A program made the position numbers and the translations under genes. Under the pieces are notes generated by a model that was not told the DNA's origin, did no database searches, and saw only the letters and a program-made list of their open reading frames with translations. A DNA stretch of 64,000 nucleotides from positions 1 through 64,000 of IMG/VR virus record IMGVR_UViG_3300028766_000004. One strand, 5' to 3'. This DNA comes from a virus. Below are positions 20,201 to 30,061 of this stretch, in pieces (the stretch's first letter is position 1; every line of letters starts with the position of its first letter).

Positions 20201-23200
20201 ACCAATATCGTAAACCGACAAACAAGGGTCTGTCCCATTTACCTGAATGATGGTACTAAGAATACCTTGCGTATAGACATTATCAAAGAAACTAACCCGT
20301 ATCGTAGTAATTCCGAGAGTTATATAGGTTACAAGCCCATCATTCACTGTGATGGATGACGAGTAATTGCTATAGCTGCATACCGACGTTACATCAAGAG
20401 ATGAACCATCCGAATATATAGCCATAACTGTAATCTGCTGTTGCAGTCCTAATTGACTGTAATCTATAACCATCGGATTAACTTGCAATTCTACAGGGTA
20501 AGGCAATTGTATTGATACGACGGCTATATCTGTATAACCTTTCCAACTTGCCAATACAGAGACCACTCCATTTTGAACTGGGTTAAGCACAAATCCAGCC
20601 AATGTAGCAAGACCTGTAGTAACCGGATTTCCCCTAAAATCTACAAATGAAAAAGTAAGGTCACTGTCTGTAGTAATATCTACAAAAATTTGGTCTCCGG
20701 TAGAATCATCCACAAGAGTTTGTAGAACGCTAAGTTTATACGGCTGTTTTAAGTTCATATAAACTGGGTCTGGCGATATCGCAATACGTTCGGTGTGATA
20801 GCTCTGTGCTTGCGTAAAGGTAATAGTGTCTGGTAAGGTATTGCCACATATATTATGTGCATACATCGTAATTGTCACCCCCTCAGCGGGTATGACAACT
20901 GAAACTGAGCCCTCACTTCCCCAAATTCCAGATAAGGCCGCCTCAACATCTGCATCACTCGACATAAACGAAACGTCAGAGGTATTCTGACAAGACCAGT
21001 GTAAATTGAAAGATTGTCCGTATAGAGCAGTTGTTCCATCGATGGTTGGGAATGTGTATCCGAATTGTGTAACTATCGGGATTATAGAGCTATCTTGTAC
21101 TTGGAACATCTGTGTTGCTATTCCTTGTGACGTATCCGTATTTATGAGAACCAAATTATAAATACCTGCTACATCGACATCCATCAAAAACGAAATCGTA
21201 TTCTCGTTGATAAAGGTTGTTGTCTTGGCTACCAATCCAGTGTTCATCACCATATACACTACAATGCCTGACCTGAAATTAGAACCGTTCAGAACAATGG
21301 TTGTAGGTGTAAATCCAGTTCCAGAGCAAACATAATTGGGTTGGCAATTTGCTACGAATGGCGGAAATCTATACGTCGATTCGTCATAAACCAGCACGAA
21401 TGTTTCATTCATCGCTATCACGTCTTCCACACAATCCAACTTAACCAAACGAACAGGATATGAACCAAACGTAAATTGTGGAGCGATGAACGTAATACTC
21501 CCATTCACCCAATCAATATTGGTAACTGCCGCTTGCACCAGTTGCGTCAAGGTTGGATTACCAGGCGATACAGATTCAGCTGCTTGTCTAGTCGGCGTTC
21601 TCAACCACACTTCCATCTTCGAACTGAAACCAGTACCAGTTAAGGTTACAGGAACGGTCTCACTAATCGTAGGCCCAACTGCTTCAGGTATATTGGTAGG
21701 GCTAATATTATTTACAGCAAAATTTCCAGCGCCTTGTTGAACTGGTTGCACGTATACCGGAAGGATTATGGTACGTGTTCCAGCAGCATTAACAGCTGTA
21801 ATAGCGTAATTAACAATGTATTGCACAATTTCAGTACTTCCAACCATATAAGAGTCGTAACTTGAAATGGTTGGGCTACCTGGCTTCGGAAGTATCACTG
21901 TCATCGTTTGAGAATAGGTTTCAATATCGGGGTTTATTGCTATAGCATTGTTATTAAAAAATAATTGGTGATTACCGTACTCTACGGCGTATTCAAAAAA
22001 TAGCGATATACCATCTAACACTCCATTTTGGAATTCCAGCGTTGGTACGAAGGTCAACACACTTGTTCCATATCCTTCCCAAGAACCATATACAGGTGTG
22101 TCATCGTCTACTCTCGATACAATCGGAACTTCATTAGCGAATGCAGTTCCAACTGGGTCTGAAGATAATGGAGTTAAATTCAAAGAGCTTGATCCATATT
22201 CCCAAAGTACTGTTTGTTCTTCACTTACATGGTCGTTGAAATCAACTAGATAAGAAATCTGAGTTTGATCAGACTCGCACAATTCAACCACACTAGGAGT
22301 TGCAATAGCTGTAATTGTAGGAGCATCAGTCGTAATCGGAACTAAAACCACAGATACTACGATGGAAGCAGAAGCAATTTGTCCATTGTTTCCTGTTGCC
22401 TCGATTACATAACGAGTATTGACAGTTGGGTAATAGCTGATTGAACCACTGTATCCAACCGTTGTATCGTCTTCTAAAATAACGCCAGTATCGTTGTTAT
22501 ATCTGTATATCCCAACAGCATCAGAATTTGTAACCTCCCAGCATATGTTGACCATTCCACCTAGCACAACCTGTACTTTAGGTCTCGCATCGGGATAATC
22601 AGTAGTAGAAAGAGGGTCGGTTGGGTCTAGAGACCAGATGTAGGCAGTAGGATTAAGAATTCTCAATACAGTGGCTGGTGGAGGAGGTGAAGCCGGAACA
22701 TTAATTGTTTGGTAGTATATGTTTCCAGCGGCATCTTGATAGGCTATTACGATGCTTCTAGTATCTGAGTAATCGGTTCCCCAATTTTCACCAAGATATG
22801 GAGCGTCTATGTTCCTAATAACAACAGGAACATTATGAATATTTTGTAGCATCAAAGCTAACGTGTTAACCGACAATCCTTGCATACTCGTTGGAGCGGT
22901 AACACTAATCGGTGTTGTAATAATCACAGATGTGGAACTCAAAACATCTATCTTACTGCCGGTTCCAGCCCAAGACGAAACAGGGCCAGTGATAGATGAA
23001 AGCGTCTTTTCCATCACATCATCACTCAGCGTTTCGCCAACGCGTGGATTTAAATAATCATCAGATACACGTTGATAAGATAGGAATACTGGATCGTTTT
23101 CGTATGTTGGCGGCGGTGCTGGATTAGTAGTTGATGTTAATATATTGATAAACTTTACGTTGTCCCCTGTTCCGCTACTATCACCTACCAATAAATTAGT

Positions 23201-24496
23201 GTTGAATCCTCCTGATAATCCATCTCCTAGTGAACCGTCCAATACTACGGTATCAACTTCTGTCGTGAATGTTGGAGGCGCTATAACCTGTCGCGTCTCT
23301 ACAACTACCCCATCTCCAACACTTGGTATGTTTAGATTGTTCTGATACCAAGGCGTAGGAGCAACGTTGCTGGCAGCCCAATGATCTCCATAGAACTGTT
23401 CATCAGGTTGTGAAAAGAACTTAACACTAGCGCTAATTTCTTGGTCGATGATACCTTCAATCGAAGCCAAGGTATCGTTCACCATCAGTAACACTTCATT
23501 AGCAACTTGAGTAACGGTAAAGTATGGCGTAGTTCCAGCTGCACGATGACGTGCTACGATTTCCTCAAGATGTTGTGTAGTATATTGAAAATACGATGTA
23601 TTGATGGGTACGTCGACAAAAACACCAAAATTAGTAAAGCTATACTGACCACCCAATCCATACTTTGCCGTGTCTGTCGGAGAACCCATCGTTGGGTTGT
23701 TCAAGAATCCATCGCCAACCATCAAATCGTCAGTATATTCGTTAGATGGAGTAACATTTATCAACGATGGCATACCGTCGCCAAGAAGTATGTTGGGGCT
23801 GTATTCAAGAATGGTAGTTTCGTATCCAATGCCACGAGAGAGTATATTCTCGATAGCTAAATTGTTGATGCGTGGTTTTACGGTTTCCCACAGCAGACGG
23901 TTGGAGTATTCATAATCTGGTTCAACAGTGTAGCCAATAATATTGTTATGTTGCGGGTCGCTCGTAGCATACATTGGTATCGACAATCTAGGGATGTCGA
24001 ATATCGTTCCCCAATAATCTAAGAAACCGTTTTGAGCTGTGGCGAATCCTAGCTGCTGAATGGCGAGGTCTACATCATTTTTAGCTGTTTCTAATATATA
24101 TGCTAACGGTCTAAAAATAGCCCACAGCGTAGATGTAAAAATCTGTACGTTGTACCAGTCGTCTTCACTTAAAGCAAATGTACCTTCCAATAGAGCAATT
24201 GCACCCAAACCACTGAAAGGAGTAGAAATATTTTGAACAGATATTCCAGACGTATTATTTAATTGATTGCACAGGTCTGCAATAGTTATGCTCTTAGCTG
24301 CATCATATGGATTATTAAAATTTATTGTGACAACGGGGATAGTTTCTCCAACCGTGGTGATAGTTAACACGCGGTTGGAGATTACTAAGTTTGAATTTCC
24401 GCTCGCCTTCAACTGAAAAGCAGGAACACTCTTAGGGTCTCGCGAGAAAACTCGGTTCAATCTATTTAAAAGATTACTAAATATCCCATTTGCCAT
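17258..24496 (-). CDS. Giant baseplate wedge/arm protein (2412 aa) with multiple Ig-like and IPT/TIG domains
   Basis: N-terminal ATAQNGFLDYWGTIFDIPR..EPDYEY..R (P2 gpI-like); repeated TGTGF/NGSNF IPT motifs and Y.DGSSLDVT Ig-like motif. Confidence 0.75.
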   Translation of the reverse strand: MANGIFSNLLNRLNRVFSRDPKSVPAFQLKASGNSNLVISNRVLTITTVGETIPVVTINFNNPYDAAKSITIADLCNQLNNTSGISVQNISTPFSGLGAIALLEGTFALSEDDWYNVQIFTSTLWAIFRPLAYILETAKNDVDLAIQQLGFATAQNGFLDYWGTIFDIPRLSIPMYATSDPQHNNIIGYTVEPDYEYSNRLLWETVKPRINNLAIENILSRGIGYETTILEYSPNILLGDGMPSLINVTPSNEYTDDLMVGDGFLNNPTMGSPTDTAKYGLGGQYSFTNFGVFVDVPINTSYFQYTTQHLEEIVARHRAAGTTPYFTVTQVANEVLLMVNDTLASIEGIIDQEISASVKFFSQPDEQFYGDHWAASNVAPTPWYQNNLNIPSVGDGVVVETRQVIAPPTFTTEVDTVVLDGSLGDGLSGGFNTNLLVGDSSGTGDNVKFINILTSTTNPAPPPTYENDPVFLSYQRVSDDYLNPRVGETLSDDVMEKTLSSITGPVSSWAGTGSKIDVLSSTSVIITTPISVTAPTSMQGLSVNTLALMLQNIHNVPVVIRNIDAPYLGENWGTDYSDTRSIVIAYQDAAGNIYYQTINVPASPPPPATVLRILNPTAYIWSLDPTDPLSTTDYPDARPKVQVVLGGMVNICWEVTNSDAVGIYRYNNDTGVILEDDTTVGYSGSISYYPTVNTRYVIEATGNNGQIASASIVVSVVLVPITTDAPTITAIATPSVVELCESDQTQISYLVDFNDHVSEEQTVLWEYGSSSLNLTPLSSDPVGTAFANEVPIVSRVDDDTPVYGSWEGYGTSVLTFVPTLEFQNGVLDGISLFFEYAVEYGNHQLFFNNNAIAINPDIETYSQTMTVILPKPGSPTISSYDSYMVGSTEIVQYIVNYAITAVNAAGTRTIILPVYVQPVQQGAGNFAVNNISPTNIPEAVGPTISETVPVTLTGTGFSSKMEVWLRTPTRQAAESVSPGNPTLTQLVQAAVTNIDWVNGSITFIAPQFTFGSYPVRLVKLDCVEDVIAMNETFVLVYDESTYRFPPFVANCQPNYVCSGTGFTPTTIVLNGSNFRSGIVVYMVMNTGLVAKTTTFINENTISFLMDVDVAGIYNLVLINTDTSQGIATQMFQVQDSSIIPIVTQFGYTFPTIDGTTALYGQSFNLHWSCQNTSDVSFMSSDADVEAALSGIWGSEGSVSVVIPAEGVTITMYAHNICGNTLPDTITFTQAQSYHTERIAISPDPVYMNLKQPYKLSVLQTLVDDSTGDQIFVDITTDSDLTFSFVDFRGNPVTTGLATLAGFVLNPVQNGVVSVLASWKGYTDIAVVSIQLPYPVELQVNPMVIDYSQLGLQQQITVMAIYSDGSSLDVTSVCSYSNYSSSITVNDGLVTYITLGITTIRVSFFDNVYTQGILSTIIQVNGTDPCLSVYDIGVTPPFAFLPLSSTSVLSKIYLFGSVLTYYWGDSPHSGSVSAYIWQNVSDLYANGITRVLSDADGMTVGNSLLFDENPYGSISSPVQWTILNSSGIQIGTKNLFDPSLTGGGGYSNFNCCILAYLYVPAAGTYDIGAFYKDSIIWGIGGNCTWAGRGSITGTSGQTKTVIGGYPLLPAAQSGGEGGQQGNSQVPVTFNAAGIYPLEGDWDYWYHYGRTFQITSNGGTIAPIDSIPLNLSQTTKAVLTIDVNNVRTASIDGVSVLNEDLQLNWDYTTPETLSASHVYNIVVANHGTQLTLKASGNLLSVDAPVINKFTAYDADISMSAESSTSITVGYADGIGLCWNTSNAFSVSITDLSTMISTSVADAGTMLVMPTCSTSYRLYVVGYGGAVVISDITVNVSTAVSNEITILCKPAIVQLGQSSNVAYNAYSVEQVTLYAFSDSVVSVNGARPTQNQTTLLSNANNAQYTAFPTTNTMYRFNGKNNYSSFVAAGFVNVDAGAKFISTSISSASVNVGDPVTVSWQTTGAVNVTGDFVGGQNLPLGLASFVIYPDRTQDFKITATSSTGLTTTATIHISVNPQVLSPTCGGLDIPNVTSIYLDGNGNTPSTTEMDAIHVLEIYGSGFVGGRALTSTIVGAVRVVLSNQNGEVPLIDVVGIDTVTDTYIRCKIHVYEYTLADRYFVIVQNDIGVSFQQTALTSFTVDTYVPSFLDTIAVAGHSGDQYTLEIDSYNPIRDAGFSILVGGVEANILSISGFDGIGYPVLVVLSSATVTGIIIMTQNGFGALQKTFVPTPSPASPPTPPAAMSISYVSPALVDTLSTSSVFGNNFASTSTVYVGATACTTTYVSTTKLNFVVPSVTAGGYVVTVVDSVGTYGSVSWMGLTVFIPASTTPTQVPSSQTIGSLNGPLNISPNNNVISTVIPDQIVGAVILQPTVYVPQNPNTAIQTTSINGVDVSPVNADPINVGVFDVAAQSGGWE

Positions 24497-24499
24497 TTT

Positions 24500-25048
24500 T
24501 TACTCTGTTGTGGCGACTTCCAATCCAAGTGGTGCCAAAGGCAAATTCCACTCCGTTGCTACGACGAGCTTCTCTTCAACAGTCAAGCTACAATCCGGTG
24601 CAATCAACTCTGAGAACTTAACTGCACGTTGCTGTTCGTATGCTCGAGTTTCCTGAACATCTGATTCCTTAACAAGACCGAGACGATATAGAGTTTTGGC
24701 GAGAACGAAGATGTCGTTATCGCGCGATTGAATCATCTGCATGATATCGTTCAAATCTTCAATCTTAGCATTAGAAAAAGGCTGAGAACGCCGAAGGTCT
24801 CGAGCTTTCGCGTTCCTTTGTTCATGCTGTTGTAATTTCTTTTGCTCTTTGAGGCGCGCTATGAACTCGTCTTGAGTAATAATTTTCTTTGGCTGTTCAT
24901 AAGTCTCAATAGGCGCTGTATCATTTTGCTGAAGAGTATCTTCGATGGATGGTTCGTTTTCGTTTTCCGCTTCCAGAACTACATCGGCGGCTGCCGCAGC
25001 GACTGCTTCCTGTACTGTTTCTTGATCTACCACGTTTGGTTCCTCCAT
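24500..25048 (-). CDS. Hypothetical acidic/helical protein within the baseplate operon
   Basis: Tightly packed 182-aa ORF. Confidence 0.6.
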   Translation of the reverse strand: MEEPNVVDQETVQEAVAAAAADVVLEAENENEPSIEDTLQQNDTAPIETYEQPKKIITQDEFIARLKEQKKLQQHEQRNAKARDLRRSQPFSNAKIEDLNDIMQMIQSRDNDIFVLAKTLYRLGLVKESDVQETRAYEQQRAVKFSELIAPDCSLTVEEKLVVATEWNLPLAPLGLEVATTE

Positions 25049-25054
25049 TGTGGG

Positions 25055-26242
25055 TTACGATATTGTTATTGTTCCGGCCTTTATAACTGTTTGAGAGTTA
25101 CCTGGAATCACATCTCCTGAAGGCGTTGATAATACGCAATTATACATTCCGTTTTGTCCCATAACCAGCGAAATAAGTTCGTTATAAATTAACGAATCTC
25201 CCGGTTTAAGTGTTGACATATACTGCACAACACTTGCCGCTATCGCCGCTTCGGCATTGCTATCTAGAATATACCCGGATAACCATGTTGTTTGTAGAAC
25301 AAAGTTCTGAGGTTGTTCTGTGGCTGCAATGGTTGTGGCTACTATACCAGCGGCTTTATACCCCGGCAATCTGTTCCCATCCGAGTCTGTATACCCATAT
25401 ATGATGTTTTGACAGTTTGCGACCAGGGCAGCAGAAGTAGAACCTAACCCGTTGTAAATGTATATATTTACGTGTCCGATTGGATTAGAACCGTCTAGTA
25501 CGTATGGTTCTACAGCTGTACAACTTTTAACTTGTTCTATGATGTTGCCATTGGAGTCTGTCACTACAGCTAAAGAAGCGCCATATTCTATAGCCCCCAA
25601 AGTGCCTCTAGATAAACTTTGTAGATATGCCGCAAATCTTACTTTCTGACTAGCAGAACTTTCTTGATCAGCTCCATTCACAAACGGAAATTGGTTAGTA
25701 ACGACATAGACCGCATCTGCAACCACCGGAAGATTGTCAACTGGCACAGTGATTGTATTAGCAACAGCGTTTCCAACGATTCCAGCTGTATTAGAGATAA
25801 CCATAACCAATTGTGATGTTGCTCCAGCAGGCCATACCGTATCAGAAACTACACTATACGTAACACTAGCTATAGATGAAGCGGTTACAGTCGACCCTGT
25901 GGATGGAACCTGAAAGCGAGTTCCAGCTGGTATAACAATCGCCGATGTAGGAGCTATTGGGGTCGTTGTTCCTGCAACTACTAGTGATAATAGCAATTGA
26001 CCTGATGAGGCGATTGGAGGTAACGGTGGAAAATCAAAGCTATTATAGATTGCTGTATCGATGCCCTCGAGAATACCACGGAGCATCATATGATAGAACT
26101 GTTCAAGTTCTTCAGCAAAAGCTTCCAACATGGTACGAGTCTTCGAACCAATATTAAAATCGGTGAGCGTAGATGTGGATTGAGCTACCGATTGTATCAG
26201 GCTGGCTGTAATATTGGCGAAATTACGGATGTAGAAAGCGAT
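25055..26242 (-). CDS. Baseplate J-like wedge protein, probable ATC start
   Basis: TDFNIGSKTRTMLE, AGIVGN, NGADQES, LSRGT. The frame is open to ATC at 26242, 7 nt after GGAGG. Confidence 0.85.
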   Translation of the reverse strand: MAFYIRNFANITASLIQSVAQSTSTLTDFNIGSKTRTMLEAFAEELEQFYHMMLRGILEGIDTAIYNSFDFPPLPPIASSGQLLLSLVVAGTTTPIAPTSAIVIPAGTRFQVPSTGSTVTASSIASVTYSVVSDTVWPAGATSQLVMVISNTAGIVGNAVANTITVPVDNLPVVADAVYVVTNQFPFVNGADQESSASQKVRFAAYLQSLSRGTLGAIEYGASLAVVTDSNGNIIEQVKSCTAVEPYVLDGSNPIGHVNIYIYNGLGSTSAALVANCQNIIYGYTDSDGNRLPGYKAAGIVATTIAATEQPQNFVLQTTWLSGYILDSNAEAAIAASVVQYMSTLKPGDSLIYNELISLVMGQNGMYNCVLSTPSGDVIPGNSQTVIKAGTITIS

Positions 26243-26263
26243 ACGTCTACCTCCCAGCTATTT

Positions 26264-27577
26264 TTATACTGCTGGAATTACGAAATTGAAGTTCTGCGAT
26301 ATATTTAACAAATCTATATTAGCGCTAGCAGACACTCGCAATGTATCAGCATATAGATTAACATTAACATTAGTTACAGACGAAACTCTAGGGTCTTGTG
26401 ATAGAGTTCTATTTATTTCATATGCAGCAAAAACCAAAAGAGAATCGTTATCTATCGAACCGACATAATCCAGCAGTCTATCTCCATATTCAGGATGATA
26501 GTGAAGCGAGCTAGTTTCTGTGGTCAATCTGTGTGCAAGCGCTTGATTAAGATTCATCATGCCTGAAAACGACAATAAATCTCCGTTCGTATCTGCCCAT
26601 AGCTGACCATAAGCGTCTAATGCAATATCTTCCCCAAGAATGTCATAAAGACTATTCGCATTATAATTGTTGTTTTGGATATTCGATTGGCTCGAGCTGT
26701 TCGATGGTATGAGAATATAGCTACCTGGGCTGACGACTCTAGACGTAATATTTATCGCTGCAGATAACACGTTTACAACGAACCCAGATTCGTAAGTATT
26801 TTGAAGCGGCGATGATAAAACCACTATCGATTGAGTGTTGTCCCCAGTTACCGAGTCTACCGTCACCAAATCTGAAAGAACCTGTGATTGCCCATTCGTT
26901 AACGGACTTGTCAAATTGAAATATAGTGTAGACCCAATGGATAACAATTGGCTCAATCCATTGATATAGATTGTTGAAGTTCCAGCCTTAGCCTTTTGGG
27001 TCAGATAAACATTGAAATTTGTTTGTCCCATCAAAACGTTCTGGTCGCTGCTGATATATGGATATGTCAATTTGTTCATATCCGCTATGACTTCCCAATT
27101 TGAAGCATCTCCGGTCATTTGAGCTGCTATACCCTGCAAATTATCAAAAGGTTTAATTTGGTAAACTTGCATGTTGTTTATCGTCATCGAGTACGGGTCT
27201 GTGGTTGTAGCTGTGAATTGACTGGCGTTTGGAATCTGTATCGCATTAACCATACTTTGTATATCTGCCAAAGATATCAAGCCTTGTTGATCAATGGTAA
27301 ATATCACAGAATTAGATGGACCGTTATTCGGATCGTCTATATATATTGTCGCTCCTCCTAACGAGAAAGTAGCGAAATAAGATGGTAAAACATAAGCATA
27401 TAGGTAAGTATTGTCTACATAAACTGTGGCATGATTTCCGTTTCCGTCCAAAAGAACTTCACCGCCGAACACAATATCACTATCACCTGTAAAGTTGGTT
27501 CCTCGCACAGCGAACAAGAACTGTGAGCCTCCAGCAACCACGTAATCAGGTGTTATCGATGCTATGACGGGAACCAT
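26264..27577 (-). CDS. Baseplate wedge protein: IPT/TIG + LysM-like + gp25-like
   Basis: DNLQGIAAQMTGDASNW..IA..N (LysM-like); NLNQAL.HRL.T, HPEYG, DPRV (gp25-like). Confidence 0.8.
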   Translation of the reverse strand: MVPVIASITPDYVVAGGSQFLFAVRGTNFTGDSDIVFGGEVLLDGNGNHATVYVDNTYLYAYVLPSYFATFSLGGATIYIDDPNNGPSNSVIFTIDQQGLISLADIQSMVNAIQIPNASQFTATTTDPYSMTINNMQVYQIKPFDNLQGIAAQMTGDASNWEVIADMNKLTYPYISSDQNVLMGQTNFNVYLTQKAKAGTSTIYINGLSQLLSIGSTLYFNLTSPLTNGQSQVLSDLVTVDSVTGDNTQSIVVLSSPLQNTYESGFVVNVLSAAINITSRVVSPGSYILIPSNSSSQSNIQNNNYNANSLYDILGEDIALDAYGQLWADTNGDLLSFSGMMNLNQALAHRLTTETSSLHYHPEYGDRLLDYVGSIDNDSLLVFAAYEINRTLSQDPRVSSVTNVNVNLYADTLRVSASANIDLLNISQNFNFVIPAV

Positions 27578-27578
27578 A

Positions 27579-28931
27579 TTACCTACCTATAAGTTTCAAA
27601 ATCATATCAACCGAATTCATATCTTTAGCTGCTGTCGTATTAGCAACGCTAATCTGGTTAACTGCGGTTTGTATGCCGCTTGTATTGGCTGCAGCTGTTA
27701 CAGCTATAAATGTATTAGGCGTGTCTTCTGCTATTGAGTATATTGCTCCAACATATGGAGGAACAGGGCCAGAACTTACAAGATTTGTTGGTACAGTTAT
27801 CCCCATCGGAGTAACCTGTGTAGCGAGTGTAGACGCATCTTTCATAAATTGTGTTGTGTCTTTCCACGCCAATTGAGCTGTGACACTCATCGTATTGAAT
27901 GATGTTCCATTTTGAGCAATCATCATCGCTCCGCCAATAGAATTAAACGTTTCTTGAGCCATCATCGTTAAACCAGGCGTACTAGATGGATTGACAACCG
28001 ATAACAAACCGCCTATACCACCACCCGCGTATGCTACTTGATTAAGGACTTCCATAGCAACCATCACATCTGAAGCAACAGCTGCAATAGTAGATAGAAT
28101 GCTTCCCAATTTTGACCAGAACCCACTAGGAGACGATGAATTATTCTTATTGATCGTAACTGGAGGCCTCGAGTTGTTGGAGTTTACAACTTGAAAATCA
28201 GTGTTTTCTTGTGTAACTATAAACGACGCTTCATACATGTGAAGCAGCGGATTTGATTTGTTTCTGAGCAACTTGAACTGTTCTGGAACAACGTAATGAA
28301 CCATTCTGTGTAATTTGTCGATGATATGTACTGTTAATTTTTGCTCCAACTGAGATTGAGGAAAGTTGGCAGAGTTTGTGTCTCTCAAAAGGAAGTAATT
28401 ATCAAACAAATTTTTCAGAGCCATCACGTTCGCATATCCGTCTTGGGCTTGAGATGTGGACCCACTAAAATTGTGCGTTCTCCATCCAGTATTCCCACGT
28501 AACGTAAGCCTCACAATTGTTTTACCCCACACATCTACGAATGCACCGCTCATTGTTTGGGTGGCGTTTACACGATATGGAGTATCTAATACGAAATCAT
28601 CAGGATTGATATTCATCGTCACAGTTGTTGGAACCGTGGTTCCACTCAAGCTATTCGACAACATCACGGTGAAATGATTGACGTGGCCTAACCACGATAC
28701 AACATTGACAGGGGATGTACTATTCGTCCACCCATTTTCAGAAACGTTGGCATTGGCTAAAGCGGATGAATAAGGAGGCCCGAGAGTTGGAGTTGTTGCA
28801 GCTGATAACCCAGAATACGTTGAATCCGTGGTAAATGGCGCTGGTGTTGTGGTTACCGCTGCGGAGCTCAGCGGCGTTCCATACGTGGATGCCGTCAATG
28901 GTGTGCCACTACCAGCACCAGTAATAGACAT
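27579..28931 (-). CDS. Tail tube initiator/baseplate organiser
   Basis: INPDDF...RVNATQT..GAFVD.WG...LRGNTG and RNKSNPLL..Y motifs; position in the tail module. Confidence 0.65.
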   Translation of the reverse strand: MSITGAGSGTPLTASTYGTPLSSAAVTTTPAPFTTDSTYSGLSAATTPTLGPPYSSALANANVSENGWTNSTSPVNVVSWLGHVNHFTVMLSNSLSGTTVPTTVTMNINPDDFVLDTPYRVNATQTMSGAFVDVWGKTIVRLTLRGNTGWRTHNFSGSTSQAQDGYANVMALKNLFDNYFLLRDTNSANFPQSQLEQKLTVHIIDKLHRMVHYVVPEQFKLLRNKSNPLLHMYEASFIVTQENTDFQVVNSNNSRPPVTINKNNSSSPSGFWSKLGSILSTIAAVASDVMVAMEVLNQVAYAGGGIGGLLSVVNPSSTPGLTMMAQETFNSIGGAMMIAQNGTSFNTMSVTAQLAWKDTTQFMKDASTLATQVTPMGITVPTNLVSSGPVPPYVGAIYSIAEDTPNTFIAVTAAANTSGIQTAVNQISVANTTAAKDMNSVDMILKLIGR

Positions 28932-28933
28932 AT

Positions 28934-30058
28934 CTAACCAGCCTTCGTAATGCTCGTAGCATCCGTAGTAGTAATCTGTTGATCAGGTGTCGTTGTCGGA
29001 CTACCTGTGCCAGTACAAGTGTGCTTATGGCTATTAAACTTATCAGCAACCTTTTTATACAGCAGAAGATTATCCAATTGTGAAGCGTTCGGTCCCAAAA
29101 TTATGCTGTTTTGCTTTGCGGAATCGGTTTTAACCGTAATGGTCGTATTCGACTCAGCGGTTAATTGCCCTTTAACCGATTGCAGCGTGACATCACCAGC
29201 AACACTCTGCAGTATAACATTCCCTCCCGCAATAATCTTCACCTGATTATTAGCTGAACTCGCACTGCTGGTATCCATCGGAGTGTTGATTACAACGTTT
29301 CCTGTAGCTTTATCGATCTGTATCAGAACAGTTCCTTGTGCAGTGACAACCTCCAATTGGGCGTATAACTTACGGCTATTATTCAGGTTCCCATCAACAC
29401 CCTTCTTCAGTTGGGTGTTCCACGCCATATTTGTCGGTTTTCCGTTCATGACGGATTTCCTATTACCCTTGCTCAAATCGACATGCACAGCGCCATCAAC
29501 TGGTTGCGTCGGGGTCTCAGCTAATCTAAAGAAAGAACCATTAGGGTGTGCCCATTCATAATTTCCATCCACATCAGTAAAACTGTAAACATCGCTATTT
29601 GTTCTACTTATTGTAGCTCCAGCCAGTTTCTTAATTTGTGTTGTGGTTGGGGCTGGTAAACCGGGAGGAATATTCTGAGGGTCGAACAGCATTTGAGAGC
29701 GTTGTGGGAATAGGAACCCAAGACAAACCCACGAACTTTGTCCAAGATTGGCGTCTAATTTATCTATAACAGCGTATACATAATTAGAAGTTGGATCATC
29801 CAAATCTGGATTATTAGAAGATAAACTTTCATACTTATATACATTAGGAACCTGTTTAGTGGTTCCATCATAAGACAACACAGTTCCAGCCTTATTTCCA
29901 ACAGTTTTAAGCACTGGAAGCGAAATCATTCCACCATTCGTAGATGCACCAAGAGTGGGTACATGGACACCATAGATGATTCCGCAACCCTGCTCAAGAA
30001 GCACATCTATAGTGTGAGCGCTGTAATCAACGTTAATAACTTTTCCTTGACGGGCCAT
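28934..30058 (-). CDS. Baseplate central spike (gpV/gp5-like)
   Basis: N-terminal GKVINVD OB-fold start, HPNGS, beta-helix-like region, C-terminal FNSHKH..GSPTTTP metal-binding tip. Confidence 0.8.
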   Translation of the reverse strand: MARQGKVINVDYSAHTIDVLLEQGCGIIYGVHVPTLGASTNGGMISLPVLKTVGNKAGTVLSYDGTTKQVPNVYKYESLSSNNPDLDDPTSNYVYAVIDKLDANLGQSSWVCLGFLFPQRSQMLFDPQNIPPGLPAPTTTQIKKLAGATISRTNSDVYSFTDVDGNYEWAHPNGSFFRLAETPTQPVDGAVHVDLSKGNRKSVMNGKPTNMAWNTQLKKGVDGNLNNSRKLYAQLEVVTAQGTVLIQIDKATGNVVINTPMDTSSASSANNQVKIIAGGNVILQSVAGDVTLQSVKGQLTAESNTTITVKTDSAKQNSIILGPNASQLDNLLLYKKVADKFNSHKHTCTGTGSPTTTPDQQITTTDATSITKAG

Positions 30059-30061
30059 ATT

